Assembly (NCBI GenBank): GCA_015680685.1
Contig: MNCI01002249.1
Span: 233,947 to 297,946 of the forward strand
Direction: 5' to 3'
Length of the DNA: 64,000 nucleotides
Origin: Gnetum montanum
Taxonomy: Eukaryota; Plantae; Gnetophyta
In this document: positions 22,424 through 37,700 of the stretch, one piece after another
Layout of the letters: each line of letters starts with the position of its first letter
Numbering within the stretch: position 1 is the stretch's first letter
The notes under the pieces: generated by a model
Seen by the model: only the letters and a program-made list of their open reading frames with translations
Database searches by the model: none
What the model was told of the DNA's origin: nothing
Program-made: the position numbers and the translations under genes

Positions 22424-25211
22424 TTATACTCTTTGTAGTGTGATATGAGGGGTGGGGCATGTAGGTACGATCTTATACTCCCCTTCCCCTTCACTGGAGA
22501 TGTCAAATGGTAACTCCGACCAAGCAACGTCAACGAGAATGGCTACTATGTCTATGACATCCAATGCTTCCTCAGTTCTAGTAGGATCATGGGTTAATGG
22601 TTGGTTTGTGTCTTGAAGTGTGCTCATGGTTTCTTGTTTAGGCTCAGTGAACTCAACCTTTGACCCTTGATCTATTTTCGAGTGTGAGGAGGTGAGTGAT
22701 GTGGTCATGTCCCCGTGTATGACGATTTCACTTCCCTCATAAGATAGGTGGATTTCTTGATGGATTGGTGAGGATACGGCTCTAAGTTGAGCTAACCAGG
22801 GTGGTCCTAGAATCAGATTGAACCCCAAAATTTCATCAACCACTACAAATTCAGCCTATTTGGGGAATTGTTCCACTACTATGAAATCCAAGGTAACCAT
22901 GCCTTTTATCCCAACACGGGAACCATTGAAGGATTTTAAAAAGGAAGTTGTTGTGGGCTGTGTTTTCTCTGTAAGATCCAATTTTTTGATGATAGGAAAG
23001 GGTACTACATTTGTTGCTACTCCATCATCGACATGCACCCTACGTATCTTAAAGTGGTTGACTTGTATTGTTATGAACATAGGGGTTGTAGTGACCTCTC
23101 CAGTTTTCTCATCTCGCTTAATATCGTTGGCGTGAAATTCTAGGGATGTGGGCCTCGATTCTTGAGGTTTTGGGGACAGTACTACATAAATGGACGGCTC
23201 ATCTGTGGGAAGGTCCTCACTAATAGAAATCGAAGTCAACATGCACACGAGAGCTTCCCGATGTACTAGTGAGGTCATTACTAAATTGTACAGGCTTAAG
23301 GAGGTTTTCTTTTGTTTCAAAGCCTGTGTGACTTGGGTTAATGCACTCACTAGATCCTTACCATTTGGGACGTTCTTCTCTGTGGAGATTTGGTCCATTT
23401 GACCCAGCATGCGTATCTCTTGTGGAGGAATTCTTGTGTTAGTAACTGGGGATGCTGGGTTTGGGACACGACTTGTGCTAGTATCCATGTTTCAATGACT
23501 TGTGCTAAGCTCACCAGTGGATGGGACCATAGGAACGATGCTTAGCGGTATGGGTTTTGGTGGTCCTAATTCGTGCCCATGATGTTATTTTTCTAGGCGC
23601 TCTCTTGTTAGCCTGTTAGCAAGGCACTCTGGCAAGGGTCACGAGGGAACTGTAGGGGGTTGCATGTCAGGGTGTTTTGGCACTCGGATCACGAAGGGAG
23701 TGGGTTGGTTCCTGATGGTGTGGTTGCTGCTGTGACAGAAGGAGACACGTGAATGAAGAATGGTTTTTGTGGTGCAGGGAACGTGCGTATGACAAAAGGG
23801 GTTTGGGGAGGTGTTGAGGCAAGAGTATTTTCAGAAGGCCTACAAATTACGAAAGGTTTTCAAGGGATGTCTTGTCCATTATTCACATGAATAGTGTTAA
23901 TTACATATGGTGAATCTTTAGTATTGAGAGGATCTTTGTAGACCTCCATGGATTGGTTTTGGGGCTTTACTGGGTTTGCCTCATCAAACACTATTTCACC
24001 CTTATCAATGATGTGTTGTATATCTTATTTTAAGGTAAAACAGAAGTCAGTTTCATGCCCACACCATTGGTGATATTCGCAAAACCTGTTCAACCTAAAG
24101 CCTCTTGGAACAAGAGGTTCATCGGCTGTTGCCAAAGTTGGGTTTTTAGCCAACTCACAGAATCGATCGTGTTTTTGGGACACCACGAGAGACATCTGTT
24201 TGTATTTGATTAATCCGACCCTTAGAAGTTGATCCAGTAATTGTGAAGGCTTCATAGGCAAGGATTTGTATTAGGTAGGATCTTTTCATTCAAATGGATG
24301 GGTGTGACCCATATTTGTGGTTTTAGTTGAGGAAGCTTCGGGTGTAGGCGTAGGTGTGGTTCTTTCATGGCTAGTTGGAGCAATGGTTGTTTTCCTTTCT
24401 ATCTTGATTTGTTAGGTTAGGCTGTCTTCGCCACTGCTACTACTGTCATTTTGAATTTATCCTTATCCTTCCTCATATGTTGGCTCCTAAAGGTTAAGTA
24501 TGTTGGGTCATTACTTGCTTGCACAGTTTCTTCTATGTTCCTAATTTGTGCAAATGCTTGACTCAAAGTACAGGCACTCAAATAATAAAGTTTTGATTTA
24601 AAAAAGTCATTCACGGTAGCCTTAAGGATGGTAAGCAAGTATGTTTCAGGGATGGGCTCGTGAAGTTTGTTCAGGGCTGCACTCCACCTTTGGATAAATT
24701 TTTGTACTGGCTCTAATGACGCCTGCTTAATCTGAATCAGACTATCCAGCATGGCTTCAAGCTTTAAGTTATATTTAAAACGAGTAACATATTGATGTAA
24801 CAAATCCTCTAGAGAGGATATGAAGTTATGGGGTAAAGCTCGGTACCAGTCTAAGGCTTTTCTTGTGAAGGACATAGCAAATACACGGAGAATTACATGA
24901 GGCCAGGCCTAAAGCAATAGACATTCTAGTCAAAATGTTACTAGATGAGCATTTGGATCTCCCTCTCCATTATATTTGGTTAATTGAGGTAATGAGATTC
25001 CCTTTGGCAAGGTTAATGGTGGAACTGAAGGGTCGATTGGGTCATCTTGGTAGAAGTCCAACACCTTGACTTCCTCAGTGTTTGTAGCTTTAAGGCACCT
25101 TACTTTCTCAGTTAATGAGTGCATCATTTTCTTTGTGTCTGCCCACTCTTGGGCGGTAGGTAGACTAGCCGGTTGAGTAGATTGTGATTGGTAGTAATTT
25201 GACTGTTGCAT
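22424..25211 (-). pseudogene. Tat/Ogre gag and aspartic protease, disrupted
   Basis: LPQLTKYNGEGDPNAHLVTF; SFTRKALDWYRALP; FCEYHQWCGHETDFCFTLK; RRVHVDDGVATNV; FNLILGPPWL...AVSSPIHQ. Confidence 0.88.
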
Positions 25212-26648
25212 TGTTTGTGGAAAGGTAAACTATTAGATTGTCAGTTTTTGTGGTGGAGCACCAGTTAGAGATGGGATTGTGGAGTGTGATACGTTATAGT
25301 GAGTAGGTTGGTGTTGCTGAATAGCTGTTGAAACCCACTGCCCAGCCACAGGTTGCGAGGTGACACCCTAAATGTGTTGGGCTGAAGTAATTAGAGGTGC
25401 TCCATGGGTTTGTATTTGTGGTATGTAGTGGGTGGATGTGGAAGCTAGTATAACTGATGGCATCCCAATTACTTGAGGTCGGAAGACTGATCCTGCATTA
25501 CTTTGAGGAGGGGGTTGTTGAGACTATCCTTGTAGAAGAGAGGTTAACGTGGTGACTGGAGGTATGATGGAGATGGATGCATTAGATTGAATGTTGGGCA
25601 TGGAGAAGGTGGGAATGGAAGTGGGTACTTCTTGTTGAGAAACCAGTGCTCTAGTGTTTGCGGATGAAGGAGGAAGTATGTTTTCTTCCTACAAAGGTTG
25701 GAATAATTGATTTGTATGGGCATGAGGACTGATAGTATGGTATGAATCCCCATGCTTAGATTGGACCGCAAAGTCGTCTTCCTCATCTCTGCTCTAAGGC
25801 TCTACCGGAGGTAACTGTAGGGTTTGATTCTTCACCATGAGGAGCTGAGATATGAGTCGATGATGGGGCTTAGAAAGAGGGATCGTGTCAAAAATTGAGT
25901 GAGTGAACTCACGACCTCCCTTGTAAATGAGCTCATAGTTTCATTTTACTTCTCTCTCTTTATGGTCGATAGGCAAGTTGGCTTGAATATTCACACAAAT
26001 GAAGTTATATTGTTCTAGTGTAAGGATTGCATAAGTAGGGTCCTTGCCCTGTAGCCTAAGTGACTGAGGAATTGAACCTTGAGGGTTTATCTCTTCAATG
26101 ACAGTTATGGGTTCTACCACAGTCACAAGATTTGAGGTCACGGTCCCAAAGTTAGAGATCTGTAGTGCTGCTGTGTTGATTTGGGAAGATTCCATAGCGG
26201 CTAGGGTAAACTGGACTTGGCAAGCTAGCATGAGCAAGCTGGCTTGACAAGCTAGCGTGAGTAAGCTGGCTTGGCATGCTGGGTTGAGCAAGCTGGCTTG
26301 ACAAGTTGGCGTGAGTTAGGCAAGATGTAGGTTGCAAGTGTTAAGAGGAGATCGGTCAATGGTGGTGGTATGAACGTTACTTGGCAGGTTGTATATGAAG
26401 CAATCTATTTAAGCAGTGTGTGTACGCTATTTGGGTTCTGCTGATGCAGTTGCAGAGTTGGAAGTGCTTGCCGTGATGTAAGAATTTTTGCATGGTTGCA
26501 CACCTCTTTAATGTAGTGTGAGCAAGTTGGGCTTGAGCAAGCTCAGCTTGAGTTTGGCTTATGGTCTGTGTAGCATTTAGAAGGTAGCGTGACCAGCGTT
26601 TTGATAGGACGGTAGACAAGTTTGGCCCTCCTTCTAGCACCAATTTAC

Positions 26649-28336
26649 TGTGTTAACTGAAATCATCGGCGTTAGGCTGGAATGGAAAAAAAATGCCAAA
26701 AGATTACCGGATAGACATAGCCGACCCTGCCTTCATGCAAGGGCAAGCTGGAAAAGAAAACGAAGGCAAAATGCCTTGGATGGTCTACACGCAAATCAAC
26801 CAAGGATTTCCCCGAGCATAAGCTATGGCTTGCGCTAGGGTTATTGTAACTGGTGACGTACAAAATGTAAATAGAGCTTAAAACCACGATTGCATATATA
26901 GAAGTGTGAAATGAATTCCAAACAGAGTAAACAATATAATGGAAGGAGAAAATGAACTGTATTGTATTTCTTAGAATTGAATGTGCACCGGTCAAAGCGT
27001 AGCTGCATGTGTGGATGGCAAGTCAAGCGCTAAGCCCTAGGGTGATGCGTTTCAAAGGTGCTTGGATGCTAGGAGTCATGTGCGCCTGAGTGTCTAAAGT
27101 TGCTAGTCAATCCTTCCTAAGCCGTCAACCTTCAAAATTGCCCATCCTGTTTATGTGAATGAACAGGGTTTTTATAAGGTTTGGCTAGGCTCGGGTGCGG
27201 AATTCATGGATAAGATCAATGGCTAAGAGATGGTAGGGGAACGAATTGTGTGACATGTGTTTGATGGACAACTGTGTGTGAATTGGACGTGCATGGGCAG
27301 GCTACGTTCTTGACCGGATGCACTGTATCTTACAGCGTGTGTTGGATTACACAAGCTAGCTTACACCCATAAAAGCAGATACAATTTGGAGCATAAGAGC
27401 TTGACATGCTCACAAATGATGAAAATTTACAACAAAAATGATAGTGTACAACAAGAGAAATTAACTCGGGCTCGCTTGGAACTCCTCGATCCATGGATTG
27501 ACTGCTATAGGGTGTCGATGTGAGTGGTTTTGTGGCTGTTTGAGGCATATTTGTTTTACAAAAGCTTCTAGCGTGAGTTTATTTTATCTTGTCATGTCCT
27601 CAGTGTGTGTTTGACGTGCTTTTGACTGGGCGTGATCAGTACTCACGCTATACTCACGCTGCCAGCGTGAGCTCAGCGTGAGTGAGATGAAAATGATGCA
27701 TTTCACACTAATTTTTGATCTTTGAAGCCTGTGCTTTAAGTGCAATGATTTCCTGACTGTGGTTGACCCTGAGGGTGAACTAGATGTTGAAAACTGCGCG
27801 TGTGTGTGCCTTGATTTGAGCCACTTTTGGTAGCTCATCCTGGACTCACGCTGTCAGCATGACCTTAGTGTGAGCTCAGCGTGAGTAACAAAATTTTGTG
27901 ATTTTGGACCTGAAGTCTGGAATTCTGGAGGCTGGAACTTGAAGTAGTCATCAATGGACCTTGAGGATGACTTGCACCTTCGAAGTTAGACCATTTTGAC
28001 TTGGTTTTAAGGCTCTTGGATTTGCTCACTCTGTACGTGATCAGCACTCACGCTGTACTCATGCTACTAGCATGACCTTAGCTTGAGAAGTTGAGTGTGA
28101 GTAAGCTAGCTTGACAAGCTGAGCATGGGCAAGCTAGCTTGACAAGCCGAGTGTGAGTAAGCTAGCTGGACAAGCTGAGCATGGGTAAGCTAGCTTGACA
28201 AGCTAAGTGTAAGTAAGCTAGCTTGACAAGCCGAGTGTGAGTTCCATGCCTTAGTCAAATTTTTGCCTTCCAAAAGCTAAAAAGGCTCTAGGTTGTTCTC
28301 GTTTCATAGTGTTAGGCCGAAATTAGTGGTGTTTCA
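26649..28336 (-). repeat. 5' LTR of the Tat/Ogre-like element (1688 bp)
   Basis: Collinear with 18075-19808; 6 copies of the 28-bp unit at 28081-28243; adjacent PBS. Confidence 0.9.
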
Positions 28337-31300
28337 ATAATGAGACATCTTGGCAAAGTCTAAAGATAACTCACATGGTTGGGAAAAGCTATAAATTTTG
28401 AAGACAACTCATATGGTTGGGAAAAGCTCGAAGTTGGCAGTTCCAAAGTGGAAAATAGTTGATAAAGATGAGAAAAGAATAGAAATAACTACAAATCTTT
28501 AAGTTGAGATTGATGAAATGTTTCTAAATTTCTTGTCTTTGATTTTTAATAACTATTATAATTATTTCATATCATGGCGTAAGATATGAGAGGAATGAGG
28601 TGAAGATATTATTATGAGAGCACACTGAGAGAGTGCATGAGTGTGTATGTAGCTCTAAGGTCAATTGTGTGTGTATTTGGCCTTTTTTCTCTTGTGTACA
28701 TTATGTGTTGGATCTTAGTTCTATGTTTGTTAGTAAGGTTTCATTTGGTTATGTCTTGCATTGAGGACTATCATTGTGTGGTTGTAGAGCCTCATGTTCT
28801 ACAATGTCGTAGAGTGTATGATTGAATTGTAATGTTGTGGATTATAGAACCACTGATTTGTAATCTTCCTTTAAATTAATTGAAGATAGCTAGTTTTATT
28901 TTTATTCTAGCAAATTAAATCATCTCTCATAATATCTAGATTTAGTGCAATTTGAAGCTTAATTAAATCATATTATACCTACTCCATGTTGATGCCATTG
29001 TTTTCACATTAGGATTTCCCAACATAGGAACAAAAACTTTTACAGTCTTCACTCACTTAGACATGAAGACTAGGAATTTGTTAATGCAGATGATTTATAG
29101 TAGTCCAAAAAAGTAGTACAAGCCCCTCACACTAGTCAAGAAGATATACTTCACTAGTAGGACTTACCATGTCTATACCATTTAATAAAATTTCCATTGA
29201 TTATGTCCATTGGTGTACCATTTATAGTGGAATATATCTAGCTAATTTGGCTCATCTCATCTTCTTGGAAATTAAGTGGAGATTCTAAGAAAACCAATCA
29301 AGTAAGAAAATCTTGCCATTTTTCTTGCCTAATTTAGAAATTGTGCAAACAAACAAGAATCATTACATACACAAAGGACACCATTAGGCATGCTTAGAAT
29401 ACATCTCATTCTTAATGATCAACCAGTACTTACAATGATAGACTAGTTGGAGAATCCTTTAAGAACAAAAGCAACAACAGGTAGCACATCTATAATAGTT
29501 GTAACTTTAATGTCAGCAAGCATAATTCCTATAGTAGGAATTGTGGGTGCTAGGGCTAGCACTCATGTCCTCACAACTAATCTTGGGAGGTATCGCCTAA
29601 TGATAAGTCACTTACAATAATTTTTGAAAGCTATGAGTTTGAGGACATGGGATGTTTAGTAGATGTTTAATTTAATGAAGGATGATCTTGAAGTCTTAAT
29701 GGATCCTAGAATTAAAAAAATCTCATTAAAAATAACAAGGGATGACTAGACAATCCAAATTTTCAAGAATATTCCTACATTCCAAGTCATCATAGCATTA
29801 GGTGATGGGGCCACCATTCTCATTACTTTCGATGAAGGCTAGGAAGTTGTCACAAAGGCCTAAATAGATCACATCAATGTAGCCCTAAACTTTCCAATTA
29901 CATCCATTGTAGACTTTATTGGGAGTGCAAGATGTTCAAGTGTCCACATATGCTAAAAGAGGAGAAGAAGTAAATATGACAATAAGGTAATATGAATACA
30001 TGCTTGATATATTGTTTTACATTAAGAAAACTATTCAAGACATCTTCAATGTTTCTAGAAATGTAAAAATAATGCAATCTAAACTCATATTCACTAAGGG
30101 AAAGTTGGTACCATATGAATCTTAGCTATAGTATCCATAGTTGGAAGTTCAAAAGTTGCAGGATGAGATAGTCCAATTCTGTGCCTTGCTCAAAACCCCA
30201 TAAGATCTGTTACTTTTGAGTTATTTGGTAAATTTCAAATTGATGAAATTCATCATCTTGAGGTTAAGCAATACTAGTTAGAAATTGAAAGGAAGAGAGT
30301 CACATGATATGCTTTTGGAGTTGATGCAATACCACAAGGATTCTAAAATACCATCACCATGCTAGAGGAATAGAATAAATTTTTGGCTATGAAGATGTAA
30401 AGGTCGACATAAGTGATGATGGAAAAGAGTAATTTGAAACATACTTGAACCACCTTTGGCAACAATTCATGAAAGTAGATATGGATATAAAAGGGTTAAA
30501 GGGTTAGCTTATGAAAATAGAAATTTATCCATGGCAAAGATTTGAGCATTGCAATAGAGATCCACAATTGAGATCAAGACTTGGAAGAATAAAGCTACAA
30601 GACATGACATGTTTTAGAGGCACCATAGAGAATAAGTAGGCCTTTAGATAAAGATCAATGAAAAAGAGATCAGGGTAGCAAGGCCTAAATAAACACTACA
30701 TTACAATAGTCTTCAAACACTACTTGCATTAAGCTAAACTTGAAATCAAGGATTTGCATATTGAAGAGATGACACATTACATAGAGTTGGCTAACCTAAG
30801 ATATGTTAATCTTGTGATGCTCATAGTTGGATGAGCAAAAAATAAAGTTGAGAAGAAAGCTACTACCACTTTTAAAATTTCTACACATGAGAACTAACTC
30901 CATGATTAGAAAAAGATGAAGCTGCAAGATGCAAAAATGAAGTTAGAGGTCCTTAAAGCTTAATAGACTAGGTAATGAGATGTCACAAAGAACTTGGGAA
31001 AACGAATGACAGGTTGCCATGAGTTGAATGAATGATTTTGACCGTTTGAAGTTGAACACACCCTATTCACCATGTGATTAATGCTATCAAGAAGATGTTT
31101 TCAACTTTGTCATGTTCATAGTAAATACCTACAGCTGCTAACCTAGCCAACTTGGCTTGGATAGTTAATGATCAATGGATTGATGTGGAGAAGTTCCAAG
31201 TAAGTTTAAATCATTTTCATATGGAGAGAACAACATGAAGTCCATCATAAGAGTAGCTAAGACATGAGGAACCACCATCCTTAGGCATAGCTTAAAGGTC

Positions 31301-31400
31301 AATCTTTGATAATTTTTGAAATCCTACAAAATTTTGTATATTTTTTATGTTTAATGTTTTGATTACTCGTAGAACAAACTCTATCTCAATTTTCTTTAAC
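28337..31400 (+). mobile_element. Heavily decayed, unclassified retroelement-like sequence
   Basis: LTR-like start with a duplicated 'aactcacatggttgggaaaagct', followed by about 2.2 kb of purine-rich, stop-riddled coding-like sequence. No diagnostic motif. Confidence 0.3.
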
Positions 31401-33886
31401 TCGAAGGTAAGTTTTTGATTAATTGTAGGCTATGATAAATAAAAAATTATTAATTATGACATTGTAACTATGATATCGATGATATCGTAGCTACGATATC
31501 ATATGTAATCATGGGATGTATTTAAGATTAGTATTAACTATAGATATTACCTAGCTACCACATTTAATGCACATTTTGGTTACAATTATTACTAGACCCT
31601 TGCAATTTATTTTCATGATTTTCGTAATAGTTAATGAGTGCCTGTAGTATGGTTTAAAGTAGTTGTGCAATACCTTTATTCAAGTGCATCATACTTGAAC
31701 ACTTTGCATGATCGACAATAACAATTGAGATTGTTTCTTATCATTATAGCATTTTGGCTTAAAATAGATTTTACTTTTTCATAACTTTTACTTTCTTATG
31801 TAATATAGATTAATGTTTACTTTTCATGGGTTGTAATTTGGCAAAATGGATATGAATGGTTTTGAGCATAATATATAATCACTTAGTAACCCAATAGTAA
31901 TGCTGCTTAATCTACCTAGTAGCTTATTGCTTAAAAATCCTAGTAATGACTACACTAGTCTATGATCTGTATGTCAAATCAAGAATATATGCTCATGGCC
32001 CTTAGATTAAATTAGAGTTCATTTCATCATCTATTAGTTAATTAGATAATTTCTATAAATTTATAATTAGTTAATACCCTGCTACATAATATCTATTCAT
32101 ATAGTTCACGATGAACTAAATCATACGCATAAGAACCACCTATAGTTCAGGTGGGAAGATAATGATCAATTATCTAACAAATAACTTCATAAGTAATTGT
32201 ATTAGCTTTTATCTATGGATTATGACATGGTTACTTCTAATGCTTCTGGATTATATGGTTGGGTGTAGGGATTGCTTGCCACTCATCACTATGCATTAAG
32301 AATTAAGAATGCAAATAGCATCTATGGTAGCTTATTACTTTAAAATAGTAGATTCATAAAACATGCAAAAAATAAAAATAAAAAAATCCATGAGTAAACC
32401 TTTATGACTCTTGTAATATAACATCTACTTCATGCTTTGGAGGAAAAAGCATGAGAAAATTCATTATAAATCTTGGCTTGTATGCCAAGAAACACAATTA
32501 AACATTGCCAAAAATACTTGAATTAATAACATTCTTTTTACACATTCATGCATATAAATTAAACATAAACATAGAATTAAAATATGAATTTAGCATATCT
32601 CGGATGCATGACCTTGATCTCTTCAAGGTATCTTGAGCTTTGAAACATTTGAGAAATCGAAAGATTATGATGGCTTTGAAACAATGTAAAAATTGATTGT
32701 GAAAGTGAGAATGTTATAGTAATTATATGTACATTGTTAGAGAATTTAGGTGTGAGAATTCAACTAAAATGGTATGCAATAGGAAGAGCTTAATTATGAG
32801 AATCATGATTGTAAGAACAAAAGAATGAAGAACTCTTCATGGAGCAAAACTAGTGCATCCCTTCAAAGGGATATGCTAGAAACCCTAATATAAAAGTTTC
32901 ATTAATCCCCTCATTTCATTTTTGTCTATTTACTCAAACTATGCTATTCTTAAGCTATTTTTCACTTTTTCATGGTTATCTTAGTCTTCTTCTTAGTACA
33001 TAACTTTTGCACAAAAACTTTACTAACTATGTGACTTTAAATACTTTGAAAAACACAGGACAAAGTTTGGATCTTATCCAAAAGCCTGATCCTACTTGTC
33101 TAGATTAATGAATGTTTCCTATAGTACAAGTAAAAACTTGCATAGAAGCTTCTATCTTATCTAATTTCTTTTTGCCATTTGGATTTTTTTATCTTTGACA
33201 TTAACTTGGATTCTCATAACTTAAGCTTTAAATTATTTTTTTCTAAATTCAACTTCAACATGTTTTTTTTTCTTTAGCATCAATTTTTTCAAGGCATCAT
33301 TATATTCCTTTATAATTCTTCTAATATATCCTAATGGTTATATTTCTTGGAGTGTGCCTATAATAAAATTATTTCATGTTTTAACATGCCCTAAAAATTA
33401 AGCATTTTTTATAATATTTGATTTATCAATGTCACCCAATATTCGTTACTTTCATTTATATGTCTCGCTCGACTTGCCCATGAATATCTTATTTTGGAAT
33501 GTTCGGGGCCTCACTAATTGGCTTCAACATAAACATGCAGGTAAATTTCTCTCTAATTTAAATATTTCTTTTCATTTTATTTTTTTAGGAAATTAAAATT
33601 TCAGTTAAACATTTATCTTTTTTTAGCCCATTAATTTCTTCATCACTCATTAGTTATTGCTACTTCTCATGAGTATAGAATAGGTTGTGTTGACATTTTT
33701 TGTTCCTTTTATTTGAAAGATAAACTTATATAAAGTGGTTTTGATTTGGGTCACAAAGTTATTTGGGTGATCTTCTCCTCCTCATATGATCCTTTTGGTA
33801 TATTTCCAATTTATGCCCCTAATGATTCTATAAAACATGCTCTTATGTGGTAAGAGCTTGCAATCTCTCTTTCCAATATTCCTTTA

Positions 33887-34789
33887 TGATGAGCCTCAAA
33901 GTGTCACATTGACGAGCCCTCGTTTATGTGGTGTTGCCCTATCAACAGGGCTATGTCGATGTAGCGTTTACTACATCTATGGGGCCCCGTCAACACAACC
34001 TTGTAACAAAAACTATACATACGAGCTCACAGCCATGTTTATGGAGTGTTAAGTCATAGTAGTAGCCAAACTCTTGTAGTTTTTACATTCAAAATTTAGA
34101 ATATTTTCCTGAGTGCCTACAGTAGAAGTCATTAAGTGTACGGATCTTTATTTAAGCACAGTTGTACCTAAGCATGATAGTGTGTGTGGCAATAAAGATG
34201 AGCTTCTTGATAAACCTTGTAGCATTTTGTATAGTTTCATTCATGTATTTAATGTTTTTAGTTATTTATTTAATGTTTCTTAGTAATTAAGCTAATTAAG
34301 TAATTAAGTGAAATAGGCTAAATAACGATTAAGTAAACACATAAGTATGACCGCTTCGAGCGTAAACATGTATTTGCTTGGTAATCCCAACAGTGTTATT
34401 GCTTAGTTCACCTAGTAGCATAATGCTTGGTAACCTAAGAATGGATACGTGGGATCAAGATGTGTATGAAAAGTGGGACTAAATGCTTATGTTAGGACTA
34501 GTTAAGTAGTTAAATTAAATTAGTTATTAAATTACTTCATCTCTCTACTTTAAGTACCAAGGAACATAAAACATAAAACAATAAAAATCATATGCCTCGA
34601 TTACACTTATCATACCTTTGTACATCACAAGTGTAATTGGGAAGACAACAAATGACCATTAGGGCATGGTTCACTTTCTAGAAAACTAGTGTACTAGAAG
34701 ACATCAATTCCACAAAATTCGACTGGCTCATGTGTGAACGTTTCGTGATTCATATGGTTGAGCATAGGGGTACCTTTCACTATTCATCA
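33887..34789 (+). mobile_element. Solo LTR of the TGATGA...TCATCA family inserted in the LINE endonuclease
   Basis: TGATGA...TCATCA termini; TSD cttta/ctttg (1 mismatch); the 3' end is a reverse-complement homolog of 503-560. Confidence 0.85.
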
Positions 34790-37700
34790 CTTTGATTTTT
34801 GGAGGTGATTTTAATATCCATAATTTTCTGATGACAAGTTAGGGGATGTGCCTTTTCTATGGCCAACAAATGAGTATAAAAAATGATTTAATTTTGAGTA
34901 AAAGTTTTATCTTATAGATGTGGATGACACTTCTTTAAGTAATCTTCTTCATAGATATACTTGGAGTGATCTTCATCTTGGATAAGCTCGCATTTATAGT
35001 TGGTTTGATAGGTTTTATTTTTCCATTATTTTTTTCTAGTGGGCTACTTCTGCTACTGTTGTTCATCTATATGCAACTCTATTAGATCATTTCACCATTA
35101 CCATGTCAATTCAGATTAATGGTAGTTACCTTAAACATAATTTCTATCTTTTTTTATTACAAAGCAACTATTTCTCATCTCTTACTATTCAAAAAATTAT
35201 CTTAAGGCTTTGGAATGTTGAATTAAGGCCCTTAGATCAAGTGAATTGGATTCAATGGTGGCATCGTGCTATGTGTAAAGTATGGAATTTTGCTTACTAT
35301 TATGGTAAGGAAGTGGCCTCGTGAGATAGACAAGAGTACAACAACATTCGATCTATTATTAAATGAATTTCAAACCATTTGGTTTAAGATCCTTTCAACT
35401 TATAAGCTGGTGAGGATTTGGCTAAGGTCTAATTAGCTTTTTAGCAGTGGGATGCTTATAGGGCATAAAGTGCCTTAACCAAAAGTAGGCTTGGTTAAAA
35501 ATTCAAGATGAGCATTGTAAGGAAGTTTTTAAATGTCTAAATAATTCATCTTCTTTGCATTTTTTGGACAAAATTTCAATTGATGGTACCATCATCATTA
35601 ATCATAACATGCTCCTTTCCTATGTTAGAAATTATATGGAGCTTTATTTACTATAACCTTCATGGATATTTCTTCCTTTGAGGTAGCTACTATTAATTAC
35701 CCTATTTTGGTTAATTCTATTATGTTGCAAATTTTAGATGCTAATATTACTCAAGCTGAACTTCAAGAGGCATGTTTGAAAATGAGCATTGGTAAGGCTC
35801 CAGGTTATGATGGCTTTCTAATTAACTTTTTTAGGAATCATTAGGATCTTATTGGCAATGATATTTTCTATGTTATTAGCAAGGTTTTCCATGATAGTTC
35901 TTTAGGGAAAACTTAAATTAGGGAATTATTTGGCTTATGCCAAAGTTTGGGGATCTTACTTATACCTCCAACTAGTGACCCATCATGCTTCCTAATGTGA
36001 TGTATAAAATTGGGGCTAAATGCTTAACATTACATTTGAAGAAGACTTTGTATCATATTATTTCTTCTCAACAAATAAGTTTTGTTCATAGTAAATATAT
36101 TTTAAATAATGTGGTTATTGCTTGGGAAGGTCTTCAATGGCAAAAGAGAGAATCAGGATATTCTTTTTATTAAGCTTGATTATGCAAAGACTTATGACAA
36201 GATTAAGTGGAACTTCATATTGTAGATCATAACTAAACTTAGTTTTGGCCTTAAGTTTCTACATATGGTGAAATATTTATTCTCAGATGTCATTACTGGA
36301 ATAGCTATTACATTTACTATCACTTCTCCCTTTTTTATTTATAGGTCAACAAGACAAGGTTTTCCTCTTGCTCCTTAACTATTCATTGTTGTTGTAGACT
36401 TTCTTTGCCATCAATTAAATTATGATATTTGAAATAGGGCTATCACTAGAGTTTTCCTTTTTGGTCCTTAGCTTCTTAGTATGTATTTCATTGAAGACTG
36501 CTTTTTTCTTATTTAATATACACTTGCTAGTCTACATCGCCTCTTGTTTCGTTTTCTATTTTTGAATCTACTATTAATTGGATTAAATCCTTTGTTTATA
36601 GTTTTAAAAATAATTACCATTACCCACCTGACAAAATTGGAAGCTAATTTGGGATTTCCCTTTCATTTTAAAAGATCTACTTCGACTCTCTTGGATCAAG
36701 TGATGTTTTGAATTTAGAAGAAAATCAATAAATGGAAGACAAAACCCCTTATTGTTGCAAGCAAGTGTCTAGTTTGCAAATCTATTTGTGTTTTTACGTA
36801 TGCGTATTCTTCATGTTGGGCTTCCTTTCAAGCTTCTAATTAGAAGGTAGAATAATTATTTTGAGATTTCATATGGTCTTTTATGGATTCTCAAAGAGGT
36901 TTTCACTAGGTTTCTTGGGATATCATTACTCTCCCTAAGAAAAAGGGTGGCTTAGGTCTTTCAAGTTCTTTTAAATAGAGGATTACTTTGATGGCAAAGT
37001 GGTTATTTCAACATTTTGATGATTTTGAAATTATTGGAACTTTCCTTCAGCTAAGGCTACAATAAGTATTTTCTAAGAAAAAGTCATTTTGAAAAAGTAT
37101 CCACTTTGGTAATTGGATTCTTTCTCCTCATATGATTATCATTTCTGGATCTCATGCCTTCAAATGTGTTTGGAGGGCTTGACATGTATTATATAATTAT
37201 ATAGATTGGACTAATGTTAAGATCAATTATAGTCTTATTTCTAAGCTTTTTCCATGATGGTTACCTCTTTCACTTGCTTGTCTTGCTACTACAAATTCTC
37301 AGTTGGCTACATTTTTATTCTAGACAGCAGTGATTTTTCTTAGTTGTCTACATCTTCTTGACCAATGGATTTCTTAGGAAATGTTTTATAATTTGTATAG
37401 GGTGTCTACAACCATGCATCATTATTTTAATTGAATTTATAATTTTCTTTACCACTATTTACATTTGGATGCTTTAGTGCAAAACATTTTTCATGGCCTT
37501 TGTTGGACTAATGGGTTGAAACTTTTGCCTTATAAGTTGCATGTTTCATTTCAACTTTTGCACAACTCCTCAATTATTGTTAAGCGATGCAATAAGTTTT
37601 GGCACAAATAGGAATCAAAACAATTTTGGATATCCTCCTACAAGTGAATATAGAAGCTTCCTATTCTACCTAAAATTCAGTAGTTTCTTTAGTGTCTCTT

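Larger units (their letters stand above)
18075..28336 (-). mobile_element. Non-autonomous Tat/Ogre-like Ty3/gypsy element (gag and protease; no RT or RNase H seen)
   Basis: LTR pair of about 1.7 kb, PBS TGGTGCTAGAAGGAGGG at 26626-26642, and remnants of gag, Zn knuckle, protease and the integrase C-terminus. Confidence 0.88.
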